DNA of 63,328 bases, the filler included, from Octopus bimaculoides (Eukaryota), in the NCBI RefSeq assembly GCF_001194135.2. It is 7 parts of 6 records of this genome, joined end to end, with 100 filler letters (N's around TTAATTAATTAA, not from the genome) between each part and the next. Parts side by side here need not be neighbours in the genome. Positions count along the whole stretch, not along the records: positions 31,394 to 39,786 come from NC_069006.1; positions 39,887 to 51,877 come from NC_069005.1; 5 more parts are not named here. One strand, 5' to 3'. The notes under the pieces are model-generated. The model made no database searches. It was not told the origin of the DNA and saw nothing but the letters and a program-made list of their open reading frames with translations. Both the position numbers and the translations under genes were made by a program. Positions 36,128 through 49,651 of the stretch are shown here, piece after piece; positions within the stretch are counted from its first letter, which is position 1; each line of letters starts with the position of its first letter.

Positions 36128-37837
36128 NNNNNNNNNNNNNNNNNNNNNNNNNNNNNNNNNNNNNNNNNNNNNNNNNNNNNNNNNNNNNNNNNNNNNNNNN
36201 NNNNNNNNNNNNNNNNNNNNNNNNNNNNNNNNNNNNNNNNNNNNNNNNNNNNNNNNNNNNNNNNNNNNNNNNNNNNNNNNNNNNNNNNNNNNNNNNNNNN
36301 NNNNNNNNNNNNNNNNNNNNNNNNNNNNNNNNNNNNNNNNNNNNNNNNNNNNNNNNNNNNNNNNNNNNNNNNNNNNNNNNNNNNNNNNNNNNNNNNNNNN
36401 NNNNNNNNNNNNNNNNNNNNNNNNNNNNNNNNNNNNNNNNNNNNNNNNNNNNNNNNNNNNNNNNNNNNNNNNNNNNNNNNNNNNNNNNNNNNNNNNNNNN
36501 NNNNNNNNNNNNNNNNNNNNNNNNNNNNNNNNNNNNNNNNNNNNNNNNNNNNNNNNNNNNNNNNNNNNNNNNNNNNNNNNNNNNNNNNNNNNNNNNNNNN
36601 NNNNNNNNNNNNNNNNNNNNNNNNNNNNNNNNNNNNNNNNNNNNNNNNNNNNNNNNNNNNNNNNNNNNNNNNNNNNNNNNNNNNNNNNNNNNNNNNNNNN
36701 NNNNNNNNNNNNNNNNNNNNNNNNNNNNNNNNNNNNNNNNNNNNNNNNNNNNNNNNNNNNNNNNNNNNNNNNNNNNNNNNNNNNNNNNNNNNNNNNNNNN
36801 NNNNNNNNNNNNNNNNNNNNNNNNNNNNNNNNNNNNNNNNNNNNNNNNNNNNNNNNNNNNNNNNNNNNNNNNNNNNNNNNNNNNNNNNNNNNNNNNNNNN
36901 NNNNNNNNNNNNNNNNNNNNNNNNNNNNNNNNNNNNNNNNNNNNNNNNNNNNNCAGACGCTGAATCTATTCCCACTCCATAGTTTGCTGAAGGCTGGACA
37001 GAAATATAGAGGGAAGGAGGGGGGGGGGCTTGTGGGGTGAGGGAAGTTGTATGCGTGTGCATGTGAAGAGTGTGTACAAGTGTGCACACGTGGTTGTGTG
37101 TGCGTATGAGGAGTGTGTATATATGTGCGCACGTGTGTGTGTATGTGTGTGTGCATGTGAGTGAGTAGTGGGCAATGATTTTGGTTTTTGAGTGTGTACG
37201 TGTGTGTATGTATGTGTGGGGGGGGATGGAATGCTTCTGTCTATGGGTGTATTTGTACGTGTGTGTGTGTGTGTGTGTGTAAGGTTCTATGAATGCATGT
37301 ACAATATATGCTCATCATCCATTGTCCCTGTTCCTTCCTATTATTCACATAAACATCATCAACACCATCATCACCATCATCATTATCATCATCATTATCA
37401 CCACCACTACTACCACTGTCACTCCCTACAGCACCTCCGCCACCACCACTCCTGCCATCAGCCATTCCCCCACCTTTAACCACCCCACACTTTCACCCAT
37501 ATACTCTTACAGCTTCTACACATCCACAACCCCTGTTCTTGTACCACCAGGGTCCACCCTGACTCCTTATCACCTCTATCTCCTCTCTCTATCCACAATC
37601 CACCCTTGGTGGCTTCCACCCTCTTTTCTATACAATGAATAACCCTGTATCCTTTATACACAGACAAACTTGCTCTCTTCAGGCCTCTCTTTTCATATTT
37701 TAACCCCTCACCTTCTAGCATAAAGCCAACACCCTCCCTGTTGTAGCCAGGGCTGGATTAAGATCCGTAGAGGTCCTAAGCACATAAAGGATTTTGATGC
37801 CCCCGTAAAAGATTTTGGTGCCCCAATATATATGTAA

Positions 37838-38218
37838 CATGGCACTCCGTCGGTTACAACGATGAGGATTCCGGTTGATCCAATGAATGGAACAGCCTGC
37901 TCATGAAATTAACGTGCAAGTGGCTGAGCACTCCACAGACATATGTACTCTTAATGTAGTTCTCGGGGATATTCAGCGTGACACAGTGTGACAAGGCTGA
38001 CCCTTTGAATTACAGGGACAACAGAAACAGGAAGTAAGAGTGAGAGAAAGTTGTAGTGAAAGAGTACAGCAGGGTTCGCCACCATCCCCTGCCGGAGCCT
38101 CGTGGAGCTTTAGGTGTTTTTGCTTGATAAACACTCACAACATCTGGTCTGGGAATCAAAACCGCGATCCTATGACTGCGAGTCACTGCCCTAACCACTG
38201 GGCCATTGCACCTCCAGA
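37838..38218 (-). mobile_element. tRNA-derived SINE family D
   Basis: Minus-strand head ggaggtgcaatggcccagtggttagggcagtgactcgc..; its 3' part matches 44345-44500 (+). Confidence 0.8.
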
Positions 38219-38269
38219 TATATATATAATTCAAAGTATAAACATTAATAAACCATAAAATAATTTTTC

Positions 38270-38555
38270 ATTTAAAATAACACACAAAAACCGTTAGATT
38301 CACTGCAATATTTAAATTTAATTTGTCAAAATATTTTCGTCACTTTGAGACTGCGACCTGTTCACTGACAAAATTCCAAGCTGCAGCACGGAATTCCAAG
38401 ATGCACCACGGAATTCCAAGATGCAGCACAGAACTCCAAGATGCAGCACAAAATTTTGTCAGTGAACAGGTTGCGGTCTCAAAGCGACAAAAATATTTTG
38501 ACAAATTAAATTTAAATGTTGAAGTGAATCTAACGGCTTGTATGTTATTTTAAAT
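38270..38555. mobile_element. Foldback/MITE-like element: ~105-bp inverted arms around four 20-bp tandem repeats
   Basis: Arms atttaaaataac..cctgttcactgacaaaat and attttgtcagtgaacagg..gttattttaaat; core (aattccaagatgcagcacgg)x4 at ~38372-38451. Confidence 0.88.
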
Positions 38556-39329
38556 AGCTTATAAACACCTTCCATGCTGCAATTGTTTTCGTTCCAGCAC
38601 ACGATCTCAGATCAGGTCACTTGCTATGCAAGTACATCTCCGTAATTTTTTATTTTTCAAACTGAAACAAAACTAAGATGGAAAATAATGTTTATTTTTG
38701 TATCCTTCCATTTTATTAACATTTGGAAAGTTTCCTCCTACTTTTTTTTCCTCAATTGCAGAGTCTTTGATCAGATCCTCCCTATGGCACCATGAACACT
38801 TTGAAATTATATTTCCAATCATACAAACCACTTCGAATATTACTTTAGCAAGTTTAAGGTGATTTCTTTTGTGCTGTAAACCCTTTACCATTTCTGTGGT
38901 GCCCCACCTCCTTCTCTTGATGCCCTAAGCAGGTACTTATTTTGCATAATGGTTCATCCATGAGGTAGTGAGTTCGATTCCCAGACCGGGTTGTGTGTTG
39001 TGTTCTTCAGCAAGACCCTTTATTTCACGTTGCTTCAGTTTACTCAGCTGTAGAAATGAGTTGTGACGTCATTGGTGCCAAGCTGTACCAGCCCCTTTCC
39101 CTTTCCCTTTTTTTATAACATCGATGGTATGGAGAGAAGAGGCTGGTAGGCATGGACGACTGCTGGTCTTCCATAAAACAACCTTGCCCAGACTTGTGCC
39201 TCAGGGGGAACTTTCTAGGTGCAATCCCATGGCCATCCATGACTGAAGGGGATCTTTACCTTTAATCCAAGGGGTCTTAGACTTGCTGTCTGCAAGGAAA
39301 CCTCACTAGTACTGGTGTCACAAAAAAAA

Positions 39330-39520
39330 AAAGCACCTAGTGCAATGTGTAAAGTGGTTGGATGCATTAAGAAAAACATCCAGCTGCAGAAGCCATGCCA
39401 AAGCAGACACTGCAGTATGAGGCAGTCCTTGGATTTGTCGGATCCTGTCAAACCAGCCGATTTAGGGCAGCATGGAACATGGACGTTGAATGATGACGAT
39501 GATGATGTTGATGACGACGA
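39330..39520 (+). mobile_element. RTE-tailed short retroposon ending in (GAT)n
   Basis: cctgtcaaacc..cagcatggaacatggacgttgaatgatgacgatg. The same tail occurs at ~32370-32426, 40700-40755, 51810-51870, 54605-54670 and 56590-56645. Confidence 0.75.
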
Positions 39521-39886
39521 TGACAAAATAATATACCCAAATATAGCAACAAGTTAGTCGGTTGTGCGTTTATGAACAGCCACTAAAAAAGAAAATAACA
39601 CAATCAAAAAGGGGAGGTAACTTGAGAACGACTGCTGGGGGGGGGGTAATTTGGCAAGGGAGATAACTTACAAAACTTGCAAAAAAATAACAGTGGCATG
39701 ATTATGTTACCGTATACGGTGGCTAAAAATACACTTTTTACCAAATAAATGTCATCCCGGACCCTAAATGCGAATTTAGGCCCCCCNNNNNNNNNNNNNN
39801 NNNNNNNNNNNNNNNNNNNNNNNNNNNNNNTTAATTAATTAANNNNNNNNNNNNNNNNNNNNNNNNNNNNNNNNNNNNNNNNNNNN

Positions 39887-39918
<32 letters not shown>

Positions 39919-40128
39919 ATATGCATGTGTCTATGTGTAATGTCTATGTTTGTATGAAAACTCATTTTTCATTGTGATAGAACTGAAAAATTGTAAAAAT
40001 TGTAAAAATTACAATATATATATATACACACACACACATGTATATGTATATATTTATACATATGTTTATATGTATGCATGTATATATGTGTATGTATCTA
40101 TCTATGTATATATATGTGTGTGTATGTA

Positions 40129-40165
<37 letters not shown>

Positions 40166-40834
40166 CTAAAATATATCTGAAAACATGTGTGACCATGGGG
40201 GAAATATTACCTTACTTGGAAACAAGTAAGGGCTGGCAACAAGAAGAGTACCGGTCAGTAATAATCTGCCATCTGCCTCAATCATCTTCATCTGATCTGT
40301 GCCAGCAAGCATGGAAACATTTGCATTCGAATGATGATATACCTGGTCAGCCCTGTGCAATAGTCTACAGTCAAAGTATTAGCAGCCTCTGGGCTGTTCA
40401 TTGCTGTACCAACTATTGATGTTACTAATGTACATTGATGTATAGAGCAAAAAACATTGAGCCTTCGGTCAGATGTGATGAATGCAAAGCACATAGAACG
40501 TTCAGTTGTCAAGCTGGTGCTGTAGCATGGCTTTCACTCTGATGGTTGAAACAAATTAAAGAACATACACAAACTTGTGCAGGTGTCATATAAGAAAAAA
40601 ACAGAAAACAAACTGGTTGACATTGAAATGGGTATCCAGCTATAGGAATCATACCAGAGTAGGCTTTGGAACTTTGATGTGACCCACTGGCTTGCCATTG
40701 CATGTTGAGCAATCTAGCCCATGCTAGCCTGGAGAATGGACATAAAATGATGATAATTTATCTATCTTTGTCTGTCTGTCTGTCTATCTGTCTTAAGCTA
40801 TCTTTATCTATCTTTATGTATTTATCTTTCTCTA

Positions 40835-40890
<56 letters not shown>

Positions 40891-41349
40891 CACACTTATG
40901 CATACACACATATACACACACACACACATTGCACACTGAAATACATACACATCTGTAGAGATACGTATGCACACACATACACCTACACATGCATACACAC
41001 AAACACACATGTCTTTGTGTTGAACAGAATGTTATCTTTCTTTTCTCCTTGTATTAAAGTAATATAATGTCCACATCTCATCTGATATCCTGCTTATATA
41101 ACAGCATTTAAGATAACTCACAATTGCTTGTTTATGAGACACTTGGGATATGTATGTAAGTGGTGCGTGTGTGAATATACAGTATATAGATACATGTATA
41201 TGTCTAGTCATTGTGCGTGTGTGTGAATATGTATGTCTGTTAATGTGTGTGTGCATGTGTGCATATATATATGTGTGTGTGTTTGTATGCTTTTGTCTAT
41301 GTCAGCATGTGTGTGAATATATGTGTATCTGTGAATATGTGTTTTTAAT

Positions 41350-41412
<63 letters not shown>

Positions 41413-41750
41413 ATATGCATGTGTCTATGTGTAATGTCTATGTTTGTATGAAAACTCATTTTTCATTGTGATAGGACTGAAAAATTGTAAAAATTCAATT
41501 CACAGTCATGAAGCTCCATGTTTGATGCATTGGCAGCATGTTGGATAACAGGCACGTGCCACCAGTAATTACTCAGGGTAGGCAGTTGGTGACTTTTACG
41601 TAGTAAAACACACCCCAAAAAATAAGTGAAACACAGGCGCGCAACTGAGTTGAAGGCAGATTTACTTCTGCCTTTATAATACGTAAAGAAAACGTTGTTG
41701 TAGGAATGTACGCAGCACATGTACTACAGCAGTACTATGCGTAGCTTTAA

Positions 41751-42469
41751 TACTGAAATTGAAAGGCAGGGGTGAATTATGCCTACCTAATCTACAAAAA
41801 AACGAAATATTTTGCATTTTATGCATAGTAATCAGAGTAACCTTTGTAGTTTTTTTTATTGAATTTATGTGGATATTTTGCCATAAAAGGAAAACCTTAC
41901 TATCAATCTATTTTATTCAGGGTAGGCACTGCCTACCTTGCCTACTCGGGCGGCACCTTCCTGTTGGATAAGTATCTTCTAAATACAGTCTTAGGCTGAC
42001 CCAAGATTTTTCGAGTGGAATTGGTTAGACGAGATTTATGTAGAAAGTCACTGGTATGGACAGGACCTGCAATTCGAAAGACCAGCTTTGTGACATGACA
42101 AACTGTTTCTGCCTGAGGATTATGTTAATGTTGAAGTGTTTATGGGATACTTGGCTGCTTACACTAAAATACAGAGAAAGAAACTGCATGGAAGCCCATC
42201 TCGTCTATCCAATTCCACTCAAAAAATCTTGGATCAGCCCAAGACTGTATTTAGAAGATAGGGAGGTGCCGCCCGAGTAGGCAAGGTAGGCAGTGCCTAC
42301 CCTGAATAAAATAGAATGATAGTAATGTTTTCCTTTTATGGCAAAATATGCACAGAAATTTAATAAAAAACTACGAAGTTTACTCTCATTACTATGCATA
42401 GAATGCAAAATATTTTATTTTTTTGTAGATTAAATAGGCATAATTCGCCCCTGCTTTTCAATCTCAGTA
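41751..42469. mobile_element. Large foldback element: ~280-bp inverted arms, ~160-bp spacer
   Basis: 41751-42035 is the reverse complement of 42198-42469 (e.g. cagggtaggcactgcctaccttgcctactcgggcggcacct and aggtgccgcccgagtaggcaaggtaggcagtgcctaccctg). Confidence 0.92.
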
Positions 42470-43325
42470 TTCAGACACACACTTATAGACATATACATAT
42501 ATGTGTGTGTGTGTATTTATATACATACACACATACACATGATGGCCTTCTTTCAGTTTCCATCTACCAAATCCACTGACAAGGCTTTGATTGGCCTGAG
42601 GCTAGAATAAAAGACACTTACTCATGGTGCCATGCAGTGGGACCGAACCTGGAACCATGTGGTTGGGAAGCACCTATATATTCACACATACATGCATATG
42701 ACAGGCTTCCATTAGTCAAATTCATTCACAAAGCATTTGGCCCAGAGCTTGCCCAAGGTGTCACACAGTGGGACTGAACCCAGACCCATGTGGTTTACAA
42801 AGCAAGCTTTTTAACCACTCAGCCTGCACCTGTAGTTTGACATCTTTTTATAAAACATGAATGGTGAGATCTGGTCCAAATGCCTTGAGGTTTAGTGTAA
42901 AGTTAATGGATTATCTGTTAGTTTTTTTGTGTGGATTATTGATTATTCCAGTTGTTCAATCAACTGCACTTTTATTTATTTTTTTTTTCATCTTTTATTA
43001 TCTTTTAGTCAGGATCAATCAGGATGGAAGGCATTGCTAGTACCCTTTATGGGACCTCTGAGATTAATTGTGGGGAGTGAGAAAGAGGGGGAAAGAAGCT
43101 CAAAGTAGAGACACCGCCTGAATGTACCCAAGGTGCCAAGTGATGATGTTAAACCAAGTAGGCCATAGCGGGATTTGAACTTGCAACACAAAAAAACCAT
43201 AAGAATATGGTGAGGCATCAGGCTTGATACTGTCACATTTCCATCAATCCACTACTCCGGATTGAGGCTTTTTATTGATTTTATTGACTTCAATACAATG
43301 GAAGGCATTTGGCCTATTAGTTAGG

Positions 43326-43395
43326 GCAGCGTTTCTCAACTGAGGTTCCCTGGAAGCCTAGGGTTCCGCAAAAAGTTCCTAGGGGTTCTGCGAGA
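43326..43395 (+). mobile_element. hAT/Charlie-like MITE terminus
   Basis: cagcgtttctcaac..ggttcc..ggaagcctagggttccgc is a typical hAT-MITE end; no partner end was found. Confidence 0.45.
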
Positions 43396-44194
43396 AAGAG
43401 TGAGATAAGCTAATGCTAATTTCATTTTCATAATATTACTACACATGCATAACATATTATTGGTTATTGTAATATTGTAATATAGACACCATCCTAGCTA
43501 ATCTGTTATGTTATCAAAATATATAACAACCATATATATTTACCATATATATTTACCATATATATTTACCAAATTGCCTTCAAATCACATCCAAACACCT
43601 TAGAAAAAGACACATTTGATAATAACATGATCTTGTTTACAGTTCCCTGCCCATAGGAAAATGAATATTGCAGCAAATTTGCCTTTCAACGATGTATTTA
43701 CATTTATTATGATACATAGATGTCTTTCAGAATTAATATGGCTTTAAACTGTTTTAACTTATCCATGACCAGGAAGAATTAGATCAATGCAAACTCTGTT
43801 TTGTTTTCTTGGGGTGGCAGAATTGTTAGATCAGCATAAAAAATACTTTGTTCCAGATCCTTTTTCTGGTTCTTTACATTTTAAGTTCAAATCATACTGA
43901 GGTCACCTTTTCCTTTCCTCTTAGGTGGATCAAGTAAAATAGTGGCCAGGCTCTGGGCTCACTGGTATCAATTTATTAACCTTCGATGTAACTGAATAAC
44001 CAATCCCAACCAGTCGAGACTCAGTGTACAGGTTTTGTTTGCTGAATACAAAATCTGGCTTGCAAGACCTCTGTTTGGGTGATTTTCCTGAGTTCTCATC
44101 TCACCCTTGGGTGCCAGTCTGTTGCAAGGTTACCCATTTACAGCTGAGAGGACTGGAGCAATGTGAAATGAAGTGTTTTAATCAAGAAGGCACA

Positions 44195-44500
44195 TGGCAT
44201 AGTGGTTAGGGTATTTGGATTATTATGATTGTAAGATTGTGAGTTCAATTTTTGGTGGCATGTTGTGTCCATGAGCAGAACACTTTCTCATGTTGCTCCG
44301 GTCCACTCAGCTGGCAAAATGAGTCATACCTGTATGTGTGTCATGCTGAATCTCCCTGAGAACTATGTTAAGGGTACACGTGTCTGTGGAGTGCTCAGCC
44401 ACCTGCACATTAATTTCACAAGCTGCCTGTTCCATTGATCAGATCAACTGGAACCCTCATCATTGTAACTGACTGAGTGCCAGCTGCAGGTTGCCTTTTG
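44195..44500 (+). mobile_element. tRNA-derived SINE family D, second copy
   Basis: gtggttagggta..gagttcaatt head; 3' half matches the reverse complement of 37840-37985. Confidence 0.75.
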
Positions 44501-45858
44501 GTAAGGCTCAGGGACACATCAAAGCAGAGCAGCGTGGTGGATTGTGAAGAGGCAGTAGAAGACTTCAACTGAGCTCATGGCGTTTCTTCCATTGGTGCTG
44601 AGCAGAGGAATCCCAGAAGATCAATGGTCAGGATCACCAGACTCTATCAAGAGAGTAACTGCAGTGCATCCACAGGGGTGGCATCCATGGTTGTGTAATC
44701 AGCTAATGAAAGCTTCATTATGACTCAAGCTTCCAATTCAAATATAAATAATAGAGTTGGGTGGCAACAGAGAGTCACAGGAATTGGTGGAAGCAGTGTG
44801 TCTGGTTGATGATAATTATTCTTGTAAGAATGAGACACGGTTAGAATTTGTTGATCCATTCACTTAGAAAGTGGGAAAACGTTTAAATGCTTAAAATAAA
44901 TTACACAAATACAATCCATGAGGAGCTTCAGCATAGTTTCTGCCAGCCCAGTTTTACCCACATGGCTTGGGTTGACCTAAGGCTTATGGTAAAAGACACT
45001 CACCCAAAATGTCACACACTAGGAATGAATCTGGGGTCTTGTGATTGGAAAATGTGAATTTACCTACTACTACTACTACTACTTTCTGGTTAGATTCTCA
45101 GAGCATGACCAACTGAGACTATGGATATCATCTATCTATCATGTTCTTCGTCTGTTCCTAGGTCCCCTGCCAGATGGTTAATGCTGAAGAATATATATCG
45201 TCATCGTCGTCGTTGTTTAACGTCCGCTTATATATATATCTGTCTTTGCCTCTCACTGTTTCCACCTGTCCCTTTACCCATCTCCTTTACTCCTTCTGTG
45301 TCCCCTATCTCACTGTCACCTTGTCCTCTCTGTCAAACTGTCACCTCTCAAGGACTTAACTCTTCATCCCATTTTTGTCCCTTCACATTTTATCTGTGTG
45401 CCACTTTCTGCTATGACCCCTGGCCAACCAAAGCCTTGTGAGCGAATTTGATAGACAAAATCTGTGTGGGAGCCCATTTTAACTATATATATATAAATAT
45501 GTGTGTGTGTGTGCTTGTGTGTTTGTGTTTGTCTCCGATCACTGCTTGACAAGCAGTGTTGGTTTGTTTTCAACCTTATAACTTGGTATTTTGGCAAAAG
45601 ATAGAACAACTACCAATAGAATAATCACCTGACTTAAAATAATTACTGGGGGTCGATTTATTCCACTAAACCATTCAAGGTGGTGCTCCAGCATGGCTAC
45701 ATTCCACCGATTAACACAAGTAAAAAACAGAAGATAAAGGATATATCTTGAGCTAAATCAATGTGCCCTTCCTCTTCATTTAAGATAGTAGAGTGTAATT
45801 TGAGGGGATTTGGCTGCTATTTCTAACAATATAGCTTCCTCAAAGGACAATACTGGTG

Positions 45859-45895
<37 letters not shown>

Positions 45896-46344
45896 GCCTT
45901 AGCTGTTGCCTTTACTCAAGGTTGATTGATACGATGACGACTCTCTTAGCCTTATAGTTTGTCTTAGGCTTAAGCTGTTTGTTTTATTGATGACGGCAGC
46001 GACACTGATGATAAAGATGATTGTATTTATTATAATGATGATGATGATGATGATGATCTTCACCGTATGCTTGTCCATCTTGCTCCCCCCCACCTCACCT
46101 CCCGTGCTATGCTGTGACACAACCTCTTACACATTTTCACGTTTGATTCTATGAAGAAATAAAGGATTGGTGTTTGTGTACTGGTGGGTGTGTCTGCCAA
46201 ATGGCTGGAATTTAGCATAAGTGTATGTGTGTATATTTCTATACAAAGACATACATACAGTATATACGCACACATACATACAGTATATATGCACACATAC
46301 ATACAGCATATATATATATATATATATATATATACACTCATACA

Positions 46345-46403
<59 letters not shown>

Positions 46404-47014
46404 GATAACACTAAAATAGTCTATAGCTTTTTTAAAAAATTTCTTTGCTCGTTTCTCCACCCATCTTTCTCAATCTCTGTCGTCATCTTCTCTCTCTCTC
46501 TTTCATCCTTGCTGTTCTTCTCTCTTTCTCTCTCTCTCAAGGTCTTGCTTCTCTCTCTTTCTCTCTCTCTCAAGGTCTTGCTTCTCTCTCTTTCTCTCAC
46601 ACCCTTTCTACTCTTCTTTCTCACTCCTCTATGCTTCTTTCTCTTTCTCAATCTCTACATTTTTCTCTCCTTCTCAACCTCTCTGCACCTCTCTCTCTTT
46701 CTCTCTCACTCCTCTCTGCTTCTCTCTATCTCTCACCCATCCCTGCTTCTCTCTATCTCTCACCCATCCCTGCTCCTCTCTCTCTCTCTCATTCACCCAC
46801 CCCTGCTCCTCTCTCTCACCAGTCTCTCCTCCTACTCTCTCCCTCTCTCTGTCTTTTGTCCAGCTGATTTTCTATCAGCCTGTCTGTCAACCTGTGTCAC
46901 TCCTTCAATCAGTCAGACTGACTAAACGGTCATGTGATATTGATCTGTCAGGCCACTCACATCCTGGAGGGGAGGGTTGAGGCAGTGATACATATACAGA
47001 AAATATGATATAGA

Positions 47015-47050
<36 letters not shown>

Positions 47051-47060
47051 NNNNNNNNNN

Positions 47061-47094
<34 letters not shown>

Positions 47095-47217
47095 TTATAC
47101 ACACACACATGTATGTATATATATATATATGTATGTATGTATAATTGTCCAAAAATTCCATGAGTCAGAAAAGAACAGGCAGGCATATATTAGGTAATAG
47201 ATTAAATATTTTATTAT

Positions 47218-48505
47218 TAAGGTGGTCAGCAGGCAAAATTGTTAGCATGCTGGACAAAATGGTGCAAGGCATTTTGGCTTGTCTTTTACATTCCGAGTTC
47301 ATATTCCGCCGAGGTGACTTTGCCTTTCATCCTTTTGGGGGTTAATAAAATAAGCACTAGTTGAACACTAGGGTTGATGTAATCAACTTACCCTCTTCCC
47401 CTGAAATTGCTAGCTTTGTTGCCAAAATTTGAAACCATTATTATTATTATTATTATTATTGAAGCAGTGAGCTGGCAGAATCGTTACTGAGCTTGAAAAA
47501 AAAAAAATACTTAGCTGCCCTTTTTTCTGACTTTACATTCTGAGTTCAAATGCCATCAGGGTTGACTGTGCCTTTCATCCCTTCGGGGTTGATGAATTAA
47601 GTATCAGTGAAACACTGGGGTCGATGTAATTGACTAGTCCCCCCCCCCCCCCGACACAAAAAAAATTTCAACCCTTGTGCCTTTAGGAGAAACAATTATT
47701 ATTATCATTATTAATAATAAGATAACGAGCTGGCAGAATCATTAGCATGCCAGGCAAATCCTACCGTAGTTGACTTTGCCTTTCATTCTTTCAGGTTTGA
47801 TAACTTGAGTACCAGTGAAACACTGGGGGTCATTGTAATCGACTATCTCCCTTCCCCAAATTTCAGGCATTGGGCCTTTAGTAAAAAGGATTATTATTAT
47901 TATTATTCTTTTCTACTCTTGGCATAAGGCCTGAAATTTTTGTGCCTATAGTAGAAAAGATTATTATTATTATTAGTAGTAGTAGTATTATTACTAAAGT
48001 GAGGGAGGCGAGATGGCTAAATAGTAGTACGCTGGGCAAAGTGTTTAATGACATTTTGTCTGTGTTTACGTTCTGAGTTCAAATTCCACTGAGGTCCACT
48101 TAGCCTTTCATCCTTTCGGGGTTGATAGAATAAGTACCAGTTGAACAATGGAAGTCAATGTAATCAACTTTCCCCCCATCCACTGAAATTGCTGGCACAC
48201 ACACAATGGGCTTCTTTTAGTTTCTGTCTACCAAATCCACCCACAAAGTGTTGGTTGGCCCAAGGCTATAGTATCCAAGGTGTCACATTGTGGGACTGAA
48301 CCTGGAACCATGTGTTTGGGAAGCAAACTTCTTACCACACAACCATGCCTGCGCCTATGTATGTTCAAATTCCAGTGAGGTCATCTTTGCCCTTCACCCT
48401 TTCAGGGTCAGTAAAGCAAAGTACCAGTCAAGTGCTGGGACTGATGTAATCCACTATTCCCCCTCCCCTCAAAACTTCTGGCCTTGTGCCAAAATTAGAA
48501 AGCAC
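47218..48505 (+). mobile_element. Cluster of five family-A SINEs separated by (ATT)n, with one family-B SINE (48205-48355, -)
   Basis: Repeated gctggcagaatc..gagttcaaattcc..cctttcatcc..gatgtaatc units at ~47218, 47460, 47720, 48005 and 48360. Confidence 0.88.
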
Positions 48506-49138
48506 TATTACTAACTCAAGAAGTAACTGGATCTTCTTCATCTAGCAACACCAACGCCTGTTTTGGCCCTGTTTTTCTATAATATATTATTGGATGAAAG
48601 ATGAGTCACTGCTATCTCTAGAGGCCAAGTGTCCATCATTGACAAGGACAAACAAGGTCAAAATCACATAATTGTGGTATAAATACTGCCTCTGTCACTA
48701 ATAAATATTTTTTAACAAATTCACTGGCTAATTGTGACACCAGCTCCTGTTCTGGCACTGTTTTCCTATATATCGCTGGCAAAGAGATGAGTTGCTCCTA
48801 ACTCTTGTGGTCGAGTGCCTGTCATTGACAAGACCAAACAAGGTCGAAATCACATAATTTGGTGGTCTTGGTGCTGGAGGTGATGGAGATCTGTCTTCCT
48901 GCTTGCGATATAAACAAGAGTGCATTTTGCACCAAAAGCCAATATGAGAGGTTCTCTCATGCTATCTCCTGCAGTATAGTTTGTTCTAACACAACCTCCA
49001 CGTTTAAGTGGGGATAAAGATTATCTCTCGGTATTAATACTGCCTCTGCAACTAATAGATATTTTTTAATTGATATAAACATATACGTTCCACTTTGTCC
49101 ATTGAACTCTTTTTCAGCACTTGGTATCACCACACTAA

Positions 49139-49182
<44 letters not shown>

Positions 49183-49610
49183 NNNNNNNNNNNNNNNNNN
49201 NNNNNNNNNNNNNNNNNNNNNNNNNNNNNNNNNNNNNNNNNNNNNNNNNNNNNNNNNNNNNNNNNNNNNNNNNNNNNNNNNNNNNNNNNNNNNNNNNNNN
49301 NNNNNNNNNNNNNNNNNNNNNNNNNNNNNNNNNNNNNNNNNNNNNNNNNNNNNNNNNNNNNNNNNNNNNNNNNNNNNNNNNNNNNNNNNNNNNNNNNNNN
49401 NNNNNNNNNNNNNNNNNNNNNNNNNNNNNNNNNNNNNNNNNNNNNNNNNNNNNNNNNNNNNNNNNNNNNNNNNNNNNNNNNNNNNNNNNNNNNNNNNNNN
49501 NNNNNNNNNNNNNNNNNNNNNNNNNNNNNNNNNNNNNNNNNNNNNNNGAATGTAAAATATTACCTGCAATATGTGAGGACTTTGAAGTTGGTCAAGGCTG
49601 TGAAATGCAA

Positions 49611-49651
<41 letters not shown>

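Noticed and set aside
38372-38451. Regular 20-bp repeats, and the 27-bp repeats at 35.0 kb, as CRISPR-like arrays
   Set aside because: They are head-to-tail minisatellites without unique spacers in eukaryotic DNA, with no cas genes.
44505-44720. Possible HERO-like C-terminus (AAWWIVKR)
   Set aside because: A single short motif is too weak to call.
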